DNA of 64,000 nt, from NCBI GenBank assembly GCA_008933835.1, contig WBUG01000001.1, positions 56,423 through 120,422 of the forward strand, given 5' to 3'. The stretch's first letter is position 1, and each line of letters opens with the position of its first letter. Below the pieces are notes generated by a model, which saw only the letters and a program-made list of their open reading frames with translations, searched no databases and was not told the origin of the DNA. Source of the DNA: Bacteroidota bacterium. GTDB taxonomy: Bacteria; Bacteroidota; Ignavibacteria; UBA10030; UBA8401. Positions 59,309 to 64,000 of this stretch are shown piece by piece. A program made the position numbers and the translations under genes.

Positions 59309-62300
59309 GGACCGGCACGATGATATGCCGTACCGGTCTCTTCCGGACATTGGTCTTCGTCACGGTACTCGGTGCGGTATTCCCTGCGGCAATGACCGGG
59401 CAGACCGCCCCCGGGACCGAAGTGCGGAACCAGGCGCGCGGCCTGTACCAATACCGTTCCTTCCCGCAGGATACGGCGCGTTCCAATCCGGTTCAGTTCA
59501 CCGTGCTGGCGGCTCCGAACTTCAGCATCTCGTTCGGCGCACGCGACACCATGGTCTTCGGGAAGGAGACGCTCCAGGTCCGTCTCGTCTATACGAACAT
59601 CGGCAATCAGACGGCGGACAGCGCCGTTGTGACCGGTGTTCTTCCTCCCGCGGGATTGTCGTTCGTCCCCGGCTCGACGGGCGGTTCCGTCTCCGGGAAC
59701 ACGGTCACGTGGCGCGTGAAGAACATCGCGGCGGGACAGAGCGATTCGGTGGGGGTGAAGGTGGTGGTGGACAGCACCCTCCTCGCCAACACCCAGCTGC
59801 AGGTGGAGGGAAACATCGAGTGGCTCTCCACGTCGACGAACGCGCTCACAACGTTCGTCGTGTCGAGCTTCCCGCGGCTCGATCTGAGCATCGTTCCGAA
59901 CGCATCCTTTGTCGGCTCCGGCCGCACCATCGTGCACCAGCTCGTCGTCCGGAATTCCGGCAACCTCGCGGCCGCCGGTGTCACGGTGATGGACACCCTG
60001 TCAGCGGACGCTTCCTACGTCAGCGCCTCACCGGTGCCGGACAGCATCCGGGCGGGAGGAAAGGTGCTCGTGTGGAAACTCGGCACGCTCGGTGCATTCC
60101 AGCAGACGGTCATCACGCTCACCGAATCCACCCCCCCGAACCTGGCATCCGGTACGGTGCGTAATTCGGCGACGGCGTTCGCCTCGAACATCGCCGCGTC
60201 GGCTGCCGCGACCTCCGTCGTGCCCATCCTTCCGGTCGCGCCGAAGAGCATCCAGATCTCGGCGGTTCCGCCCTACATCTTCGGACAGCTCGGGCTCGAC
60301 AGTGCGCTCGTCACAGTCCGATTGAAGGATTCGCTGGCCCAGTCCCTGCCGGACGGCGTGCCGGTGCAGTTCACCACCGCACGCGGTTCGTTCAGCAACG
60401 GCGCGAAGTCCCGGACCGTCACGCTGCAGAACGGCTCCGCGTCGCTCTACCTGCGTCCGGAGAACGTCACAAACGACATCATACGCACGGCGGTGACCGC
60501 CGTGGGCGGCGCGGCCGCGTCGGGCACCGTCACCGACTCCGCCGAGGTGCTCATCTATCCCGGTGCGGTGGGCGGTACGGTGGTCAACGGTCTGGACCGT
60601 GTTCCGTTCGCCGGCGCCATCGCGCGGGTCTACAATCAGACGTCGGCCGTCGTCGGGGCCGACACCACCGGAACGGACGGGAAGTTCTTCGTTCCGTTGA
60701 ACAAGGACGTCTCCGCGTACCGTCTGGAGATCTTTGTCGTCGACAAGTTCGGCGATACGGTCATCACGAACGCGGCCATCGATCCGACGCAGTTCCCCAA
60801 ACCGCCCATCCAGATCCCGAACACCATCTCCGGCCGCATCCAGTACCGAGTGTCGGGGCTTCCGGTCCCCGCGGAAGGTATCACCGTGTTCCTCGATTCC
60901 GTTTCTACGGCGGGCGGCAGGACGGCGCGGCGGGCCGGTCAGCGGAATCTCCCTGCCGGTGTCTACGCCCGAGTGCAGGAACAGCAGACCGACGCGCTCG
61001 GCCGATTCAAATTCGAGAACCTGAGACCGGCGCGGTACATCGTCTCGGTGGACAGCACGCAGTTCCCCAGCTATAAGGGATACAGTTTCGTCTCCGACAC
61101 GGTGTCGGGCACGTTCACCATCAATCTCAGCATCGAGATCGAGCAGGATTCGACCGTGACCTTCTCGGTCACCGGTCCGTCCGCCGCCTCCGCGGGCGAC
61201 ACGGTGCGCTACACCGTCGGCTATACGGCCTCCGGGAATCTCAACCATTACAACGTCACGGTCACCGACACGCTGCCTCCCTTTACGTCGTTCGTCAGCG
61301 CTGAGCAGGGGGCGTTCAAGAGCGTGGCGTACGATTCGTCGTCGCGGGTGGTCCGCTGGGCTGCCGATTCCATCGTCGCATTGCAGAGCGATTCGGTGCG
61401 TCTTGCCCTCAAGATCGCCGGGAACATACCGGACAGCACGCGGCTTCGCGCCACGGCGTGGTTCAATTCGACCGTCCGGCCGTCGTTCGGCGCGACCGCG
61501 GTGACCACCGTCCGGTCGCTCGGCACGCTCGCGTTCGGGAACGTCTTCCAGCGCGATTCCATCATCGCCGGGGACAGTCTGTCGAAACGGCTCTGGTTCG
61601 TCAACACCGGCACCGACAGCCTCAAGAACCTTGTCATCGTCGATTCGCTCTTCTCGGGCGGCGGGAGCCGCATCGCGCTCTCCAAGTCGATGGCGGACAG
61701 CGTCGCGGTCGCGGACAGCATCATCACCGTCTCGGTCGGCGCGCTGGCGCCGGGGGAGGGGGACACCCTCACGTTCACGCTTTATACGGATTTCACTCTC
61801 CCGCCAGGGACCAGGATCCGGTCGAACGCTCATGTGATGCAGGGAGCGACCATTCTGACGAGCCTTTCCGCCTCCGTCACGATGGTGGAGAACAGCGCCA
61901 TCGCGGGATACCTGAAAGTGACGAAGACCGCGAACAAGAAGTCGGCGGAGATCGGCGATGTCGTGACCTACCAGGTGCAGGTGAGCAACACGAGTCCCCT
62001 CCTCTTCCATACGCTGGCGGTCTATGACCTGATGCCGCATGCGTTCACCTATGTGAAGGGGTCGGCACGGTTCAACGGCCGTCCGTCGGAGCCGGTCATG
62101 AACCCGTCGCTGAACGGGATGACCTGGAACCTTCCCGATTCGCTCGATGCGGGGAAGAGCGGCATGCTGGTCTATCAGTTGGCGGTCGGCGCTGACGCGA
62201 TGGAGAGCCAGGGGATGAACACCGCCTATGCCGGGGCGACCGCCGGTGCCGGTTTCCGTCTCCTCTCGGCAGCAGCGCAATGGCAGGTGACGGTCCGTCC

Positions 62301-64000
62301 CGGCGTCTTCACGGAGAAAGGTCTCATCATCGGCAAGGTCTTCTACGACGACAACCGGAACACCTTCCAGGAACCGGGCGAGGACGGCATCAAAGGGGTG
62401 GAACTGTGGATGGAGGACGGCACGAAGATCACCACCGGCAACGACGGCAAGTACTCGCTGCCGGAGGTCCGGCCGGGACAGCATGTGATCCGGTTGAACG
62501 AACGCACGCTACCGCGCCGGTCGTCGCTGCTGCCGGGTTCCACGAAGTTCGCTGGTGATCCCGGTTCGCAGTTCGTCCGTCTCACCGAGAGCGGCATCGC
62601 GAAGGCGAACTTCTTCATCGCCCGGAACATCGCGGACACCGTCCGGCAGTCCGCCGGCAAGATGAACCGGCTCCTCACGGTGGCGCAGGCCGTGCCGAAG
62701 TACGTCTACCGCGACACCGTGCAGGACGTACGGAACGACACGGTGGACATCATCGTCTCGTTCGTCTTCTCCGGCGCGCGGTACCTGCAGACCATCGAAG
62801 CCAATCAGGTGCTTCCGTCAGCGTTCCAGATCGTCCCTGGTTCTGCGACATACAACGGCCGTAAAGTGACGCCGGTGGTCTATAACAATAATGTGCAATG
62901 GAAGCTCGGCCGGGCGCAGCTCGTCTCCGGCGGAACCCTGCGGTACAAGGCGTACATCGCTTCCATGCCGAAGCCCAACACCACGCTCCTCACCTCCACG
63001 GTCGTGAAGGTGATGACGGTCGACAGCGTCTTCGTGGAAAGCAGACCGATGGTGACCGAGAACATCGTCCGCGACGTCGAGACGAACGCCATCGAGTCAT
63101 CCGAAGTGCTCACGGCGGTCACGCCTCCGTCGCCGCTCACGCAGATGGGGGACACGGTCACCGTCAGCGAGGGGGATGAGGTCATGTTCCGTATCGCGCT
63201 CTATATCGATCCCAAGAAGGAGATCCGTTCCGTCCGGATCATCGATTCGCTCGAGACGGAGTTCTTCATCAACGAGCGCTCCTTCACCCTGAACGGCATG
63301 CCCCTCCCGTCCCGCCATCTCTCGGTCCGGGTTCGGTCGTCCGGACTCTCGGCCCGGATGCTGGTCAAGAAGGAGGAGATCGACTTCCAGCGCATCGCAA
63401 AGGTGGACATCACCGAGCTGGTGCGGAAGGGGATGAACGAGATCACGTTCACGGCGCGGCTCAATGCCGCGGTGAAGGATACGGTCTTCCGGAAGACCGT
63501 CTATGCGTCCGTGGTGAACGTGCACAATGAAGAGACCGTCACCCGCTCCAACGACCTTGCCATCGTCGTGAACGCCAGCAAGAGGGTCCCCGCCGTGGCG
63601 GTGGAGACCAACGTCATCGACCGGCCGAAGAAGCGGACCAGGATTGAAGAGAAGGTGGCGGAAGCGGTGAAACTGGTCGAAGCGCTGAATCAGACATCTA
63701 CCCGGTCGGTCGTGATGGAAGGTATCACCTTCGAGGCTGGGAAATCGCTCCTCACGGCTGATGCCAAGGTCGTTCTCGATAACATCGCTTCGTCCCTCCA
63801 GGCGAACCCCGATATCCGCATTCAGGTCAACGGCCACACGGACAATACCGGGAACGCTGCCGCGAACCGCAGGATCTCCCTCGACCGTGCCAAGGCGGTG
63901 AGGGCATACCTCATCTCGAAGGGGGTCCAATCCGACCGGTTGTTCGCACAGGGTTTCGGTCCGGACAGACCTATCGCTACGAATAAGACCGAAGAGGGGA
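59305..64000 (+). CDS. Multi-DUF11 / SdrD-B-like / OmpA-domain protein G (partial, runs off the window; >1565 aa), candidate anchor
   Basis: Absent from the ORF track because it has no stop in the window. ATGA overlap with F. Reads MRTGTMICRTGLFRTLVFVTVLGAVFPAAMTGQTAPGTEVRNQA..., IIGKVFYDDNRNTFQEPGEDGIKGV, and OmpA-like ITFEAGKS..VNGHTDNTG..NRRISLDRAKAVRAYL..GFG. Confidence 0.88.
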   Translation, partial: MRTGTMICRTGLFRTLVFVTVLGAVFPAAMTGQTAPGTEVRNQARGLYQYRSFPQDTARSNPVQFTVLAAPNFSISFGARDTMVFGKETLQVRLVYTNIGNQTADSAVVTGVLPPAGLSFVPGSTGGSVSGNTVTWRVKNIAAGQSDSVGVKVVVDSTLLANTQLQVEGNIEWLSTSTNALTTFVVSSFPRLDLSIVPNASFVGSGRTIVHQLVVRNSGNLAAAGVTVMDTLSADASYVSASPVPDSIRAGGKVLVWKLGTLGAFQQTVITLTESTPPNLASGTVRNSATAFASNIAASAAATSVVPILPVAPKSIQISAVPPYIFGQLGLDSALVTVRLKDSLAQSLPDGVPVQFTTARGSFSNGAKSRTVTLQNGSASLYLRPENVTNDIIRTAVTAVGGAAASGTVTDSAEVLIYPGAVGGTVVNGLDRVPFAGAIARVYNQTSAVVGADTTGTDGKFFVPLNKDVSAYRLEIFVVDKFGDTVITNAAIDPTQFPKPPIQIPNTISGRIQYRVSGLPVPAEGITVFLDSVSTAGGRTARRAGQRNLPAGVYARVQEQQTDALGRFKFENLRPARYIVSVDSTQFPSYKGYSFVSDTVSGTFTINLSIEIEQDSTVTFSVTGPSAASAGDTVRYTVGYTASGNLNHYNVTVTDTLPPFTSFVSAEQGAFKSVAYDSSSRVVRWAADSIVALQSDSVRLALKIAGNIPDSTRLRATAWFNSTVRPSFGATAVTTVRSLGTLAFGNVFQRDSIIAGDSLSKRLWFVNTGTDSLKNLVIVDSLFSGGGSRIALSKSMADSVAVADSIITVSVGALAPGEGDTLTFTLYTDFTLPPGTRIRSNAHVMQGATILTSLSASVTMVENSAIAGYLKVTKTANKKSAEIGDVVTYQVQVSNTSPLLFHTLAVYDLMPHAFTYVKGSARFNGRPSEPVMNPSLNGMTWNLPDSLDAGKSGMLVYQLAVGADAMESQGMNTAYAGATAGAGFRLLSAAAQWQVTVRPGVFTEKGLIIGKVFYDDNRNTFQEPGEDGIKGVELWMEDGTKITTGNDGKYSLPEVRPGQHVIRLNERTLPRRSSLLPGSTKFAGDPGSQFVRLTESGIAKANFFIARNIADTVRQSAGKMNRLLTVAQAVPKYVYRDTVQDVRNDTVDIIVSFVFSGARYLQTIEANQVLPSAFQIVPGSATYNGRKVTPVVYNNNVQWKLGRAQLVSGGTLRYKAYIASMPKPNTTLLTSTVVKVMTVDSVFVESRPMVTENIVRDVETNAIESSEVLTAVTPPSPLTQMGDTVTVSEGDEVMFRIALYIDPKKEIRSVRIIDSLETEFFINERSFTLNGMPLPSRHLSVRVRSSGLSARMLVKKEEIDFQRIAKVDITELVRKGMNEITFTARLNAAVKDTVFRKTVYASVVNVHNEETVTRSNDLAIVVNASKRVPAVAVETNVIDRPKKRTRIEEKVAEAVKLVEALNQTSTRSVVMEGITFEAGKSLLTADAKVVLDNIASSLQANPDIRIQVNGHTDNTGNAAANRRISLDRAKAVRAYLISKGVQSDRLFAQGFGPDRPIATNKTEEG

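Noticed and set aside
59325-63179. Short plus-strand ORFs listed in the track (59325-60164, 61458-62027, etc.)
   Set aside because: They are out-of-frame fragments. The real gene is the continuous frame from 59305, omitted from the track because it has no stop inside the window.

Overview
High-GC chromosomal window from a diderm bacterium. The O-glycosylation sequons, promoter form and T9SS-type passenger domains suggest an FCB-group organism (Bacteroidota/Ignavibacteria-like); this is inference. Bases 1-35.2 kb are mostly housekeeping: ald (3' end), nuoG-H-I, ldh, comM, Rrf2-cydAB, a SAM-I riboswitch with metY-metX, der, upp, rel, ruvX, mtgA, an AlbA_2 protein, a TrmH-family methylase, cmk, ispH, rpsA, mtaB, truA, an interrupted trpD/C/F/B cluster, three glycosyltransferases and nadD. 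At 35.3-39.8 kb lie tRNA-Phe (preceded by a 96-bp tandem double-hairpin repeat), a K+-independent H+-PPase and an MFS transporter. The highlight is 39.9-64 kb: a CarH/BldC-like regulator with a degenerate B12 site, then a co-directional cluster of six secreted DUF11 (Ig-like) proteins and a large outer-membrane beta-barrel. The DUF11 domain is split between subunits. Five proteins end in a DUF11 domain lacking its last two strands, and four begin with exactly those two strands. A 2961-aa adhesin is acceptor-only and an OmpA-domain protein is donor-only. This is the logic of a donor-strand-complemented pilus (tip, shaft, cell-wall anchor) with an usher-like pore, and one junction retains the residues for an inter-subunit isopeptide bond.
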